Of a DNA stretch of 64,000 nt, positions 42,101 through 57,221 are shown piece after piece; position 1 is the stretch's first letter; each line of letters begins with the position of its first letter. The notes beneath the pieces were generated by a model. The model did no database searches, was not told the DNA's origin, and worked only from the letters and a program-made list of their open reading frames with translations. The stretch covers positions 40,920,001 through 40,984,000 of the forward strand of contig NC_043013.1 in assembly GCF_006345805.1 (NCBI RefSeq). The letters are read 5' to 3'. Source of the DNA: Octopus sinensis. Its lineage: Eukaryota. Position numbers and translations under genes: made by a program.

Positions 42101-45100
42101 TATGTGTGTGTGTGTGTGTGTGTGTTGATGTGTGTATTAAGTGTGTGTACGCTGATATGTGTGTGTGCGTGTTGATATATGTGTGTGTGCCGTTGACATG
42201 TGTGTGTTGACGTGTGTGTGTGTGTTTATATGTGTGTGTTGACGTGTGTGTGTATGTTTATATGTGTGTTGACATGTGTGTGTATGTTTATATGTGTGTG
42301 TTGACGTGTGTGTGTGTATGTTTATATGTGTGTTGACGTGTGTGTGTTGATATGTGTGTTTATGTTTATATGTGTGTGTTGATGTATGTGTGTGTGTGTT
42401 GACGTGTGTGTATTGAAGTGTGTGTGTGTACATTGATATATGTGTGTGTGCATGTTGATATATATGTGTGTGTGTGTTGATGTGTGTGCATGTTGATATA
42501 TATGTGTGTGTGTGTTGATGTGTGTGTATTGAAGTGTGTGTGTGTACTTTGATATATATGTGTGTGCGTATTGACATGTGTGTGGACATTTGCATGTGGC
42601 TTAGTGATTAAGGCATTCAGCTCATGATCATAAGGTTGTAAGTTCAATTCCCAGCAACACGTGTTCTTTTCATGTTGCTCCAGTCCACACAGCTGGCAAA
42701 AATGTGTAGTACCTGTGTTTCAAATGGCCAGTCTTGTCACACTGAATCTCCCTGAGAAATGCATTAAGGGTATATGTGTCTGTGGAGTACTCAACCACTT
42801 GCATGTTAATTTCACGAGCAGGCTGTTCCATTGATCATATCAGTTGGGACCCTCATCGTCATAACTGACAGGGTGCTCCTTATATCCCCTAACTTACTGT
42901 TTCAATAAATAAAGTACCAGACTCGGTCGATCTGATTGACCAAACTATTGAGAATGATGCCCCAGCATGACCACAATCCTGTGATTGAAACCAGTAAAAG
43001 TACAAGAACGAAAACACTGTGTTACATATGAACCAATAAAACTGCCTTTACATGGTCAATCAACATGCTAGAAATAACAGTCAAGTCTTCCTTAAATTAC
43101 ACTGCTATTTAAAAAGGACACAATGGATAATGAAATCCATAGCCTGAAAGAGAGAGAGGTGGGTAAAAAAATAGTATTGTCATAATTAAGATGATGTTGG
43201 TTGATACAGTTGATACATTTCATTTGCAAAGTCTTCATCATCATCATTATCAATATTTTAACTTCCACTTTCCCATGCTTGCATGAGTCCGATAGAATTT
43301 GTCATGGCTGATTTCCTACAGTTGGATACCCTTCCTGTTGTCAAGCCTTATCTGTTTCCAGGTAAGGTAATATTTTCCCTTGGCTGGATATGTTTTCATG
43401 GAGACACCACTTATATGATGGGGACACTCACTGACAATAACTGTGTGCAATGTTAGGATAAAGAGACAGTCCTTTCTGACCAAAATATTGCCCCAAAGGA
43501 AGTGGAGAAATTGTCAAAGGACAAAGACCTCAAAACTGAAGTATTTAAGATGTGGGACATGAAGGTGAAAACAATACCAGTAATAATTGGAGCAGTGGGA
43601 ATATTGGGAAAACATATGATCAAAAAGGCAGGAGCTATACACTATCCAAAAAAATAACCCTGCTAGGAACAGACATCTGATGCAACACACTATCAATTCA
43701 ATAGTACAGCCCAAATAAAGCAATCCACAAACAAAAAAACAGTCTATGCAGTGAATATCCAATAAAATAGATAACTCCCCACAACATGTACTTTACAGGT
43801 CAGAGTGCTCGAAAGAAGAACACAAATCCCATTACACACACATACAACAAATAAGGTAAATACTAATGCAACAAAAAACTCAAGCCAAACACTGTAAGAA
43901 AACCAACTGGTGCTGCAATACAATACTGGGAAGAGTTTGTACCCCATACTAATAACAAAAATCAAAAACATACCCAAGTACCCACCCATAATGATAAGTA
44001 TCCTCCCGTAATCATCATCATTGTCGTTTAATGTCTGCTTCCCATGCTGGCATGGGTTGGACGATTTGACTGAGATTTGATTGAAGAAATGGACGGTGTG
44101 GAAGTTCTGCCACAACTGGCCTATAGTCCAGGCATTGCTCCATCTGACTACAGTCTCTTCTGATCAATGCAGCACTTTATGAAAGGTTGCCAATTTGAGT
44201 CATTCAACGAAGTTCAAGAAGTCTGTCAAGAATTTTTTGATTCAAAGCTGACAGACTGGTACTTTGACCAAATCTGAAACCTTGCAGATCGTTGGTAGAA
44301 GGTTGTGGAAAATGATGGTTTTTATTTTGAAGAATAGTAGTTGTTGTTTTTGAATAAATTCTTGCATAAAAAAAAACATTATTTTAACACAGCACATAAA
44401 CCTTTTCCTCAACCTAATATTCCTCTTTATTTGATAATCTAAATAAGTATTGGTCACCCCTAGCCTTCTTTCTTCCAGCTAACACCCCTTCCCCATCAGA
44501 CATTTTCTCACTATCAGCCTAGCAACCTACTCTTTTATGTAGATAAAGCTAGATATATGATTCCAGTACGTTGGGAGTCAAGTAGATTGACATTAATTGA
44601 TTTATCACCATTAACTAGAATACAGTTGACAAGTCTCAATGGATTTAATTCTAAATGGCTGAAATATAAATAACTGCACCACCACTCTTTTTACCTTGAC
44701 CCACACTATTCCACCCCCCCTGTTATTCTCTATATTATAGTAGGCTTAACAAAGTTTGCATTCTCATTCTGCCACAGTTATAACAAAAGGAAACAATGTA
44801 AATATTTTGGTTTCCATTATTGATGTAAATTTGTTAAAAAATGGTTATCCTTTATGTTTGAAGTCTATGCGTTCATCTGGTGAGAATGGTTTCTTTCAAA
44901 TTGATGTAAATATTTTCATTAATCAATAAAATGGGGCCATTTGAAATGGCCGTAATAAATTGACACCTATACATCTTTGTTATACATACATACATACATA
45001 TATATGAGTGAGTGTGTCTTTGTGTCCCCTTCCACCACTTGACAACCAGTGTTGGTTTGTTTACATCCTTGTAACTTAGCAGTTTGGCATTAAAAAAAAA

Positions 45101-46505
45101 GTATTGGGGTTGGTACATTTGATTAAAAATTATTCAAGGCAGTACCTCTGCATGGCCACAGTCTAATGACTGAAACAAGTAAAAGATAGAAGATATAAAC
45201 ACTTTATTAGTGTTAATAGGATGAAGGTATATGGAAAATATTACAAATGAATTAATTGCAAAGATTTTGATATCAGCTATAAGAATAAATATGAGACAAA
45301 AATACTGGGTTCTCTATTTTGTTTCATAATATATATTAACTCTTTAACATTTAAAATGGCAATATCTGGTACATGGATCAATGGTTAGAGCATTGAGCTC
45401 AAAATCATGGAGTAATGAGTTTGATTCATAAACTGGGCTGTATGTTGGGTTCTTGAGCAAGACATTGCTCCAGTTCACTCAGTTGTAGAAATGGATTGCT
45501 ATCACTAGTGCCAAGCTCTATCGGCCTTTACTTTTCCCTTGAATAACATTGGTGGAATGGAAAGAGGGAAGGCTGGTATGTATAGTTGACTGCTGGTCTT
45601 CCATAAACCACCTTGGCTGGACTTGTACCTCAGAGGGTAACATTCTAGGTGCAATCCCATGGTCATTCATGACAGGATGGTGGTCTTTATCTGGCCAAAA
45701 CATTCTATCCTTTTTATGTTCAAACTTGCCAGATCTGCCTGGTCTCTCATGCCTGCCCTACAATGCCATTCTAAAAATAGAAATAGGAAATCATAGAATC
45801 ACCATACATGAGTTATCAGAGGATGTACCAATTAGTTACAGTTCAGTCCAATATCATTGAAGATTTGGGTATGAGACCTGTGTCTGCCAAGTTTGTGCCA
45901 AAACTGCTTTCAGTTGAATAAAAAGATACTTGGGTTTCAGTTGCACAAGATCTTGATTATGAAAACTTTGCCTAGGCCTCTGAGCAGGTATCACCAAGCA
46001 TTTGGCAAAATTTGATGCAGATTCTTGGCTCAACTTTCTCTGCCATGGTCAAAGAGGTGATCACATGCTAGACACCTTCCTTCCAAGCACTGCTGTAAAC
46101 AGCAGAAGTGACCTAGAATGTTAAAACTTAGTGCACATGCACAGAAGAGTTCAAGGTCAATCTGTGCCAAGCAGCTTCACTTTGCATGCTTTAGCTTCGT
46201 TAGTATGGCAACAGTCCGGATACTTATTGATCAGACCACGAATGAATCTATATACATCATGCCGGTGGCACGTAAAAAGCACCAACTGATCGTGGCCGTT
46301 GCCAGCCTCCTCTGGCTCCTGTGCTGGTGGCACATAAAAAGCACGCACTACATTCACAGAGTGGTTGATGTTAGGAAGGGCATCCAGCTGTAGAAACACT
46401 ACCAGATCAGACTGGAGCCTGGAGCAGCCTTCTGGCTTCCCAAACCCCGGTCGAACCATCCAACCCATGCTAGCATGGAAAACAGACGTTAACCGATGAT
46501 GATGA

Positions 46506-46550
<45 letters not shown>

Positions 46551-49500
46551 ACATTCTTTATATTATCTATGGTGGCAAACATATACTTTCAAAGTTAGAA
46601 TCATATGAGGGTTAACATTCTAGCAAATAAATAGCATTTTTCTGTCATACAAGCTACCACAACACTTGTCTGAGTGCTGACACACTGGTAGTGAAATCAA
46701 TTAATAAGGTAAATGTAAACAGTAAGATTAAGCCCTACCTAGTACAAAATACTGAACTAAGCCAACTGGATGACTGATAACACCACCACCACAACAACAA
46801 TAATAATAGTTTCTAATTTAGACACAAAGCTAGCAATTTTGAGGGAAGAGTATGGTTTTAGTTGATATCACCAACTCTAGTACTAGACTGAAATGCTGAA
46901 AAGTCGATCTTGGTAGGATTTGAACTCAGAACATAAAGAGCTTGAAGAAATATTGCAAGACTGTCCAAAGCTTTATTAATTTGACTGGTCCACCACCATT
47001 ATAATCCTTTTTACTAAAACCTGAATTTTAGAGGGAGGGGACACTAGTTTATTACATCAATCCCAGTGTTCTGGTATTTATTTTATTGATCTCAAAAGGA
47101 TGGAAGGCAAGGTCGGTCCTGGTGGAAAACTGAACTCAGAACACAACAATAATAACAATAATAATAATTGATGCAGTACCAGGCAGTGGCTCTCATGGCT
47201 TTTGATCTTAACTGATTGGAAGTGTTATCATGTACATTGGTTTGTCTTGGTATAAAAGATGAGCTACAGCAAATATTCTGCTCAATACCACAGATTTGCT
47301 TGTCAGTTGTTTGACCTTAATCAGTTGAGCATGTCCCTTAGTGGCTGACGATATGTGCATCTCTGATCACGAGCAGAAGTAGTGGAGGAGCATCATAGCC
47401 ATGTGTTGAGAAGGATTCTTTGGGGTTTGAATTATTTACCTCTGGAAACATGGGTGTTTCATTCAACATCCTTAAGCAACCCTTATTCAGGGACCTTTTG
47501 AGCAGGATGGTTTACTCGATCAGAAGAAAATTCTAACTGGGCCCCACCTGCAAGGTCATGTGCTGTTTATCTTGATATGAGATCACCATGTCGCGCACAT
47601 ATGGTTGTGATGCATGTGCCTAGTGTATCCTTATCAGACGGGTAGTTATGATGGGTATACTGGGCTTTGTATATTTTACCCCAGTGTCACTTTGATGTCA
47701 TGCACTGCTCTCTCACTCAATAATAATAATAATAATAATAATCATTATCATCATCGTTTAACATCCGTTTTCCATGCTGGCATGGGATGACTGGTTCTAC
47801 TAGGGATCTGGGAAGCCAGGAGACTGCAGCAGGCTCCAATTTGATCTGGCAGTGTTTCTACAGCTGCATGCCCTTCCTAATGCCAACCACTCCAAGAGTG
47901 TAGTGGATGCTTTTTATGTGCCACCAGCACAAGGTCCAGAGGGGGCTGGCATCGACTGCGTTTGGATGGTGCTTTTACGTGCCACTGGTATGGGAGCCAG
48001 TCGAGGTGGCGCTGGCATCAGCCCCGTTTGGGTGGTGCTTTTTACATGCCACCGGCACAGGAGCCAGTCAGAGTGAGAGGGCTGGCATCGACCACGTTTA
48101 GATGGTGCTTTTTACATTCCACCAGCACGGGGAGCCAGTCAGGTGATGCTGGCATCAGCCACAATTACAATTTCCGTTTGATTGTGGTTTGATTTGATTT
48201 TGATGTACTTGACTCAATAGGTCTCCTCAAGCATGACAAATCACCCTGGTACTTTTTGAGTGGGCTGGTTATGCAACACTGGTATAAGCTACAGCTGTGA
48301 TCTCACTTTATTTGCCAGGTCTTCTCAGTCCCAACATATATCCATAATAATAATAATAAAAGTTTCTGATTTAGGTACAAGTTTAGAAATTATGAGTTAA
48401 GGGGTTAGCTAATTACTGTGATCCCAGCTATTGGCTGGTATTATTTCTATAATCAACTCAAAGGTTGAGATGTGAAATTGACCTTAGAGTGATTTCAGCT
48501 TAGAAGGAAAAGAGCTGAAAGAAATGAGCAAAGCAGATTCTGTCCAACGCTTTAATGATTTTGTCAATCAAACCACCGAAATATTAATAATAATGATTTT
48601 GTTTGTAATACACATCAAGGGTAAATATAATAATAATTCTTTTATCCTTTTATTTGTCTTAGTCATTTGATTGAGGCCATGCTGGAGCACTGCCTTGAAG
48701 GATTTTAGTCAAATAAATCGGCACCAGGACTTATACTTTGTAATCCTAGTACTTATTCTATTGGCCTGATTTGCTGAACCACTAATTTATGGGGATATAA
48801 ACACACTGACACCAGTTGTCAAGTGGTGATGGGGGGGGGGGGATTAGACACAATGGGCTTCTCTCAGTTTCCATCTACCAGATCCACTCACAAAGCTTTG
48901 GTTGGCCTGAGGCTATAGTAGAAGACACTTGCCCAAGGTGTCATACAGTAGGACTGAACCCAGCACCATGTGATTGCGAAGAAAGCTTCTTGCTACTGTC
49001 ATGCCTGCACCTATAATTATAATAATGGTTTCAAATTTTGGCACAAGGCCAGCAAGTTTAGTGGAGGGGGTAAGTTGAATATATCAAGCCCAGTGTTCAG
49101 CTGGTACTTGTTTTATTGGCCTGAAAAGTTGAAAGACAAAGTTGACCTTGGCAGAATTTGAACTTGCAATATAGCGGTAGACGAAATACCACTAAACTTT
49201 CCGCCCAGAATGCTAACGATTCTGCCAGCTTGCCATCTCACATAATAATAATAATCCTTTTTACTATAGGTACAAAGCCTGAAATTTGGTGGAAGGGGAT
49301 GAAATTCAAAGTTGACCTCGGTGGAATTTGAACTCAGAATGTAGCAGCAGACGAAATACCACTAAACAATAATAATAATATAATAATAATAATAATAATA
49401 ATGATACTTTCTATTATAGGCACAAAGCCTGAAATTTTGGAGGTAGTTGATTATATTGACCCCAGTACTCTACTGGTACTTAATTTATTGACCCCGAAAG

Positions 49501-50598
49501 AATGAAAGGCAAAGTCAAGCTCGATGGAATTTGAACTCAGAACAAAGCAACGGGTGAAATACTGCTAAGCATTTCCTCCAGCATGCTAATGATTCTGCCA
49601 ACTAACCACCTTACTTAATAATAATAATAATAATAATAATAATGGTTTCAAATTTTTGCACAAGTCCAGCAATTTTGGGAAGTGGGTAATTCTTTTACAT
49701 CGATTCCAGCACTTAACTGGCTCATATTTTATCGACGCTGAAAGGATGAAAGGCAAAGTGAAACATAACGGTATTTGAACACAGAACATAAAATCAGAAG
49801 AAATGCTGGTAAGCATTTTTTTCCTGCACACTAATGATTCTGCCAGCTCGCCACCATAATAATAATAATAATAATAATAATCCTTTCTATTGTAGGCACA
49901 AAGCCTGAAATTTGCAGGGAGGGGATGAGTCAATCACACCAACCTCAGTGCATAACTGGTACTTATTTAATCGACCCTGGTGGAATTTGAACTCAGAATG
50001 TAGCGGCAGATGAAATACTACTAAGCATTTTGCCTGGCGTGCTAACGATTCTGCCAGCCCACTGCTTTGAAAATAATAATAATAATAATAATAATAATGA
50101 TAATAATAATGATGATAATAATGATGATGATAATAATAATGATGATAACAACAACAACAATAATGATAATAATAATAATAATAATAATGATAACAACAAC
50201 AACAATGATAATAATAATAATAATAATAATGATGATAACACAACAACAATAATGATAATAATAATAATAATAATAATGATAACAACAACAACAATGATAA
50301 TAATAATAATAATAATGATGATAACAACAACAACAATAATGATAATAATAATAATAATAATGATAACAACAACAATGATAATAATAATAATAATGATAAT
50401 AATAATAAAAATAATGATAATAATAATAATAATAATGATAATAATAATAAAAATAATGATAATAATAATAATAATGATAATAATAATAATAATAATGATA
50501 ATAATAATAATGATAATAATAATAAAAATAATAATGATAATAATTGAGCAGTAGCTGGAAGAAGCACTTGACTAACGTGTGATTGTACGTGTGTGTGT

Positions 50599-50643
<45 letters not shown>

Positions 50644-53600
50644 TTATTTGTTACAGCACGGTTGCATTTAAACGAAGATAATCTGTGTGTTCACCAGTTG
50701 TCAGGAATTTAGTCCCTGACACTTCTAATCCTTTATATCAGGCTGGCTTTAATTGTAACATGCTGTTGCTGTTGTTGCGGAGATAAGTAGATGAGCTGTT
50801 CGAAAAATATGTCACCTAAATTTTTCAAAGTAATTCAGTGTGATCAGCAACAACAACAAAAAAAGAAAATAATAAATTATTTAATAAAATACAATAAAAT
50901 ATAAGTGAAGTGAAAATCCATTACAAATAGCACATTGTCAGCCATTGAATTTAACACAATAATACAGTTGAAGGAAATAAATTAGCTGTTTCATTGTTAC
51001 AAAACATACAACTGAACGTGTATTTTATTTCATTCAGTAAAATTATTTTCTGATTTTAACTGTAATTATACAGAAGACCAAACACTGGTTTCTTTTTGGT
51101 CAAACATTCAATGACATATTTCGTTTTTGGATTTGGTTTGCAAGATTCTTTACATGAGTTTGTGTGTTGAAGCATATTCTGTTGTGTCTGGGGAGAGTCA
51201 TTCTCTTTTAGTGCCTTATTATTTAACACACTCACCGGTAAAAGAGTCAAGACTATTGAAAAAGTCGCAACACTCAACGAAAATTTTAGAAAATAAAAAT
51301 AGGAAATAAGTGGAAATTCAATGACAGTTTTTGTCTTTTTGTTATAGTCAAGTAGAATCAATAAATTGCTGGTACAGCCTCATCACTATTTAACCCTTTC
51401 ATTACCAACCCGGCTGAAACCGGCTCTGGCTCTGAGTACAGATGTCTTGTTTTCATAAGTTTTGAATCAAAATCTTCCACCAAACCTTAGTTATCATTAA
51501 GCTAGTATTAGGAACATAAATTGTGACTAAGTTATTTTACTAAATTCTTTATTATATTTAAAGTAATTGAAAGAAACACAGAGCATCTCAAAATAAATAC
51601 AGTAACGAAAGGGGTTAACATATGTATCCCATGCTGGAAAAGAAATGGGCAGTTTGACAGGAACTGGTGAGCTACACCAGTGCTCTGCAACCGGTATGCT
51701 GTGGCACATGGGTGTGCCATGAGACGATGGTAGGTGTGCCATAATGTAACCCGAATATAACTTTTGTTATATTTTCAGTTCAGGTGTGTTGCTGAATTTT
51801 GAAAAGAATATAAGTGTACAGCAAGTGAAAAAAGGTTGTGGAGCACTGAGCCATCGATTGTGTCAAGCTCCAGTGACTGCATTGGCATACTTTCTACAGC
51901 TGGATGCCCTTCCTAATGCCAACCAGTTTATGAAGTGTACAGGGAGCTTCTTATGTGGTGCTGGCAGCAATTCTTATTTCTGTATTGCCCACAAGAGGCT
52001 AAACATAGAGGGGACAAACAAGGACAGACAAAGGGATTAAGTCGATTACAACGATCCTAGTGCATAACTGGTACTTAATTTATCCCGAAAGGATGAAAGG
52101 CAAAGTCGAACTCAGAACATAAACATTTCGCCCGGCGTGCTAACGTTTCTGCCAGCTCGCCGCCTTGTGCTCACAGCAATTCTGTCATACAAGCAGTGTC
52201 ATTTATTTCTGTTATTCTACAAAAGTATGTCTGGCAATTGGAGAAATATTACTTGCTTGGATACACTGGAAATAGGTGGGAGTTGATGACAACGAAGGGC
52301 GTACAGCAATAGAAAATTTGCTTCACTAAACACTGTCCAGACCATGCAAGTGTAGTGGTGTAGGTAGCTTGAGAGTTGAATGATCTCCCTTGCAAGAAAG
52401 ATCATTGAGTAACCTCCCTTTTATAAGTTTCTCGAAGCATCTATGTCACGAGACATGATTCTTAATTATTCAAGAAGCTTAGCGTTTCACTTGGAACTTT
52501 CTATAATAGTGTTCCCTTATTAAAAATAGCTTGTTAACTTGATTTTTTACTTCTTAGTCGATTAGACTTAGAGCCATTCATGTTACTGCTATGTCTGTCT
52601 ATTTCTCTACACCACATGACTGAAAACCACCACTTAGCTGTTATTTCTGTATTTCCTATCTCTGAACTTTCTTGTGTAGATTATTTCATTCAACTAGATT
52701 CTACATTTTGATTCTATGTATCATCATTGACCAGCAAATAAAATATATTTTTATGTAGTAAATATATAAGGTCTTGAATTTAGTCTTTCATCTCTTTATG
52801 AACTCTTGTAATAATATACACACAGCCACATCAACACCTTGTACTGACTATATATTTCCACTACATTAATTGGTGACCCCAATGTGGATCCTGAATTTTA
52901 GCTAATTGGTTACTACCCGACATATTTAGTTGTATTCTATTAGTTTCCATCTCACAATTTTCTTCAAATGAATTATCCTCAACTCAAATGATATCTTCTA
53001 TGAATCTTCCTGTATTACCAATTTTCACAGGAGACATTGTTGCCTGCCCAGTTGGAAGCATTTTTCTCTGCAAACAAACACAATTCAGTCCAATAGCAGT
53101 CTGGAAACATTGGAAATAGGTGAGGGTTGATGACAAGAAGGGCATACAGTCATAGAAAATCTGCTTCACAACCACATGGTTCTGGGTTCAGTCCCACGGC
53201 ATGGCACCTTGGGCAAGTGTCTTCTACTATAGCCTCAGGGTGATCAAAGCCTTGTGAGTAGATTTTGTAGAGGTAAACTGACAGAAGCCCATTGTTTATA
53301 CACACACACACACATATATATATATATATTTCTGTTCCTCTGTTTCTACTTCTCTCTCTTCTCTTCCCACATAACCAATCAGCCAGCCTGCTCTCTCTTT
53401 CTTGGTTTGACCGTGGTCTGTGCAACATCGATATTCTTCCCCGTGTTTGTGAAATTTTTGTATCTCTGCCATAAGGCTTCATTTCCACACATGCCAGCTT
53501 AATTCAATTTGTCCTTAGTCGAAAGACACCTGTTGTTATGTCCCGTTATTATTTTTATTGTATTTTTTAATTGTATTTATATTTGTGTAACATTGTCCTT

Positions 53601-53853
53601 TTTTTCCGTCCTTGTTTTAGTATACATTCGCTGCTTTTCTCCAAGGAATCTAATGCTCTTAGCTTAGTTTTTCCTTGGGGCTGGCCAGATTGGAGCAATC
53701 TCAAGAATAATCAGCCAAAATTGTGAGGATAATCTGGTTCTTGACTGAAGATAGATAACTTAAGTATCATCTATCTAGATGTTTTGTTGTCCCTTTTTGT
53801 ATCACCTAGTAGTCCGGATGTTTTGCATTCTTGTCCCATTTTGTATTATGTAT

Positions 53854-53885
<32 letters not shown>

Positions 53886-56800
53886 TATATAGCAGCATAC
53901 ATACACTTTGTACTTTTATATGTAAGTACACATTATATATATATATATATTTTTGTTTTCTTTATTGCCACAGGGGGCTAAACACAGAGGGGGACAAACA
54001 AAGGCAGACAAACGGATTAAGTCGATTACATCAACCCCAGTGCGTAACTGGTACTTATTTAATTGACCCCAAAAGGATGAAAGGTAAAGTCAACCTCGGC
54101 AGAATTTGAACTCAGAATGTAACAATGTTCTTGGTATGTTTACGTTCCTGTAACTTAGCAGGGACGTAAACACACCAGTTTGTACGTAGAATAAGTACCA
54201 GTTTGATGTTAATTTATTTGACTTAAACCATTCATGGCAATGCCCCAGTATGACAACAGTTCAATGATAGAAACAAAAAATAAAGTTATGGACCACTTCA
54301 ATGATATTGTTCCTAAGGATTTAACAAAGGAAACTAAAGTTGAGAAAGGCATGAAATTCACAGCTTCATATTTCTTCATGCTATATTCTTTTCTAGGCGG
54401 TGAGTTGGCAGAAAAGTTAGCGCGCCGGGCGAAATGCTTAGCGGTATTTCGTCTGCCATTATGTTCTGAGTTCAAATTTCGCCGAGGTTGACTTTGCCTT
54501 TCATCCTTTCGAGGTTGATAAAGTACCAGTTATGCACTGGGATCGATGTGATCAACTTAATCCCTTTTTCTGTCCTTGTTTCTCCCCTCTATGTTTAGCC
54601 CCTTGTGGGCAATAAAGAAATATCTATTCTTTTCTACTCTAGGCACTAGGCGGAGGGGGCCAATTGATTAGATCAACCCCAGTACGCAACTGGTACTTAA
54701 TTTATCGACCCTGAAAGGAGGAAAAGCAAAGTCAACCTCAGCGGAATTTGAACTCAGAATGTAAAGACAGACGAAATACTGCTAAGCATTTCTCCCGGTG
54801 TGCTAACGTTTCTGCCAGCTATATTATTCCAGAACTCTATAACCATCTTTCTTTGTTGCTGCCAGGCTCCAGGCCAGCCCTTGTTCAGCATATTTACAAA
54901 AGTAAGTCAGAAAGTCGTGCAATTTTCATTAGTTTTATTTTATGACTAATTTTCAAACATACACAAGTCAGTCAAAAAGTAGTGCAAACAAAAAAATGCA
55001 TTACTTTCTGATCAAAAAGTGTTTTAGCTGTAATTATTCAGTACATTTTCTAAGACAGTGTATTTAGAGCTCCATTATCCAATGTGTCCTTTAGAAATGT
55101 GATTTAAAAGAGATTTAGCTGATATTTCAAGCAAGTTGACTAATCAAGGAGAAGCTCAACTTGTCAGAATCATATAAAAAGTTACAAAGGCAAGCCAATG
55201 AGGAAGCCTCTTTTTGGTCCTCCAACTTGCTAGAAATAGCAACCAAATCTTCTTCAAAGTTCTCCCTGCAATCTTTTTTAAAATGATACATTGGTCAATG
55301 TAGTCTTAGATATACTATGAAGGTACATGGCCTAGTGGTTAGAGTGCTGCACACATGATCACAAGATCATGGTTTCAATTCTCAGAGAGGGCAAAGTGTT
55401 GTTTTCTTGAGCAAAATGCTATATTTCCTGTTGCACCAGCTCACACAGCTGTAACCCTGTAAAGGGCTGGCATCCCATTCAGTGGAGAATGTTGTGATCT
55501 GGGTCACTTATATGCTATGGGAACTGGGTAACCAGACCTAAGGAACCGAGGGCTCCAGACAGTAATGTCCAGGGGTTGATGATGATGATGAATTAAGACA
55601 AGACGGTCAAAGCTAGAGTGCATGATTAACTCAAGGTGAAACAACAACCATGTAGTAATTATGCTTGAAGATGTTCTGATAAACAATATGTCATTAACAT
55701 ATATTGTCATGGGAAAAAATTGGATATGAAATATTTTTATTCTTACCTGATGAGAACAACCTGATTTTCCCAATCTCGCAACATTTTTTCATAGCACACG
55801 CTGCCAATGGCAAATAAGTGACTGAAATGGTGAGCAAAGAGATAGAAAATGTAATATGTTGCAAGCAATCATTTTGGGGTATATTCTTCGTATTTTCAAC
55901 CCTTAGTAGATCAACCCTTTAGCATTTGAAACTGGCCATATCTGGTCCCAAATATTCTACCTCTTTTATATTCAAACTGGCCAGATCTGGCCTCTCACAC
56001 CTTCCCTACAATATCATTCTAACAATTAACAATCATATCATTGAAATTTCATAATTGCAAGATAATGCATGATTAATTCAAAACAGGTGGAAGCATGTGG
56101 TTTTGTGATTATGGTGTTGGACTCATGTTTGTAAGATTGCGGTTTCAATTCCTGGCTCAGGCGATGCAGTGTGTTCTTGAGCAAAACACTTCATTTCACA
56201 TCATCATCATCATTTAACGTCTGCTTTCCATGCTAGCATGGGTTGGACGATTTGACTGAGGACTGGCAAACCAGATGGCTGCACCAGGCTCCAATCTGAT
56301 CTGGCAGAGTTTCTACAGCTGGATGCCCTTCCTAATGCCAACCACTCTGAGAGTGTAGTAGGGGCTTTTACGTGCCATCGGCATGAGGGCCAGTCAGGCG
56401 GTACTGGCAATGGCCATGCTCAAGTGGTGTTTTTTACGTGCCACCTGCACAGGAGCCAGTCCAGTGGCACTGGCTATGACCTCGCTCGAATGTTCTTCAT
56501 GTGCCACTGGCACCAACTGATAATCCTGCAATGGCCCAACAACTATCTGGTGGGGGTGATAAATGTGCCACAGAAACCAGGAAACCAGCCCTATGAGTCT
56601 GTATAACTTGGGAAGGATCTAATTCAAAACACTGCGAACAAATAATCATTACATTTGACTGGCTAAGCTGAATGCTAAAGAGTTTGAGAATTTAAAGAGT
56701 TAAACTGGAGATGAAAATATCTAATCTTGATCTGCTATTCTATAATTGTAAGAAATATCTTTTATCTTTTGTTTCAGTCATTAGACTGTGGCCACTCTGG

Positions 56801-57158
56801 GGCACCACCTTGCGGAATTTTGGTTGAACTAATCAACCCCAGTACATATTTTCTTTGTAAGCCTGGTGCTTATTCTATTGGTGTCTAACATAAGACATCA
56901 AGCAGTAGTGAGGGACAAAAACAGACACACATACACACATATATATTTATCCTTGTATTTTAGATATATAATTATGAAGCAAGGGGGAAAGAAAGTATTT
57001 ACACACTACTATTACTATTACACAAGACTTAACACACACAATCACGGCTCACAGTGAAATGCTTACCAACCTGAAATGCCAATCGCTCACAGTTCTTTGT
57101 TTTGTAACAATTAGTCAGTCCGCCTTTTAGTCACATGAGGGGTGGTCAGAATCTTTCC

Positions 57159-57221
<63 letters not shown>

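Noticed and set aside
49887-50567. Long ORFs of poly-Asn, poly-Ile/Met and poly-Leu (up to 226 aa)
   Set aside because: Translations of an AAT/GAT/AAC microsatellite; no splice or domain support
53340-53840. Possible Penelope-like 3' end remnant
   Set aside because: Resemblance rests on recollection only; no complete protein or ribozyme motif is visible
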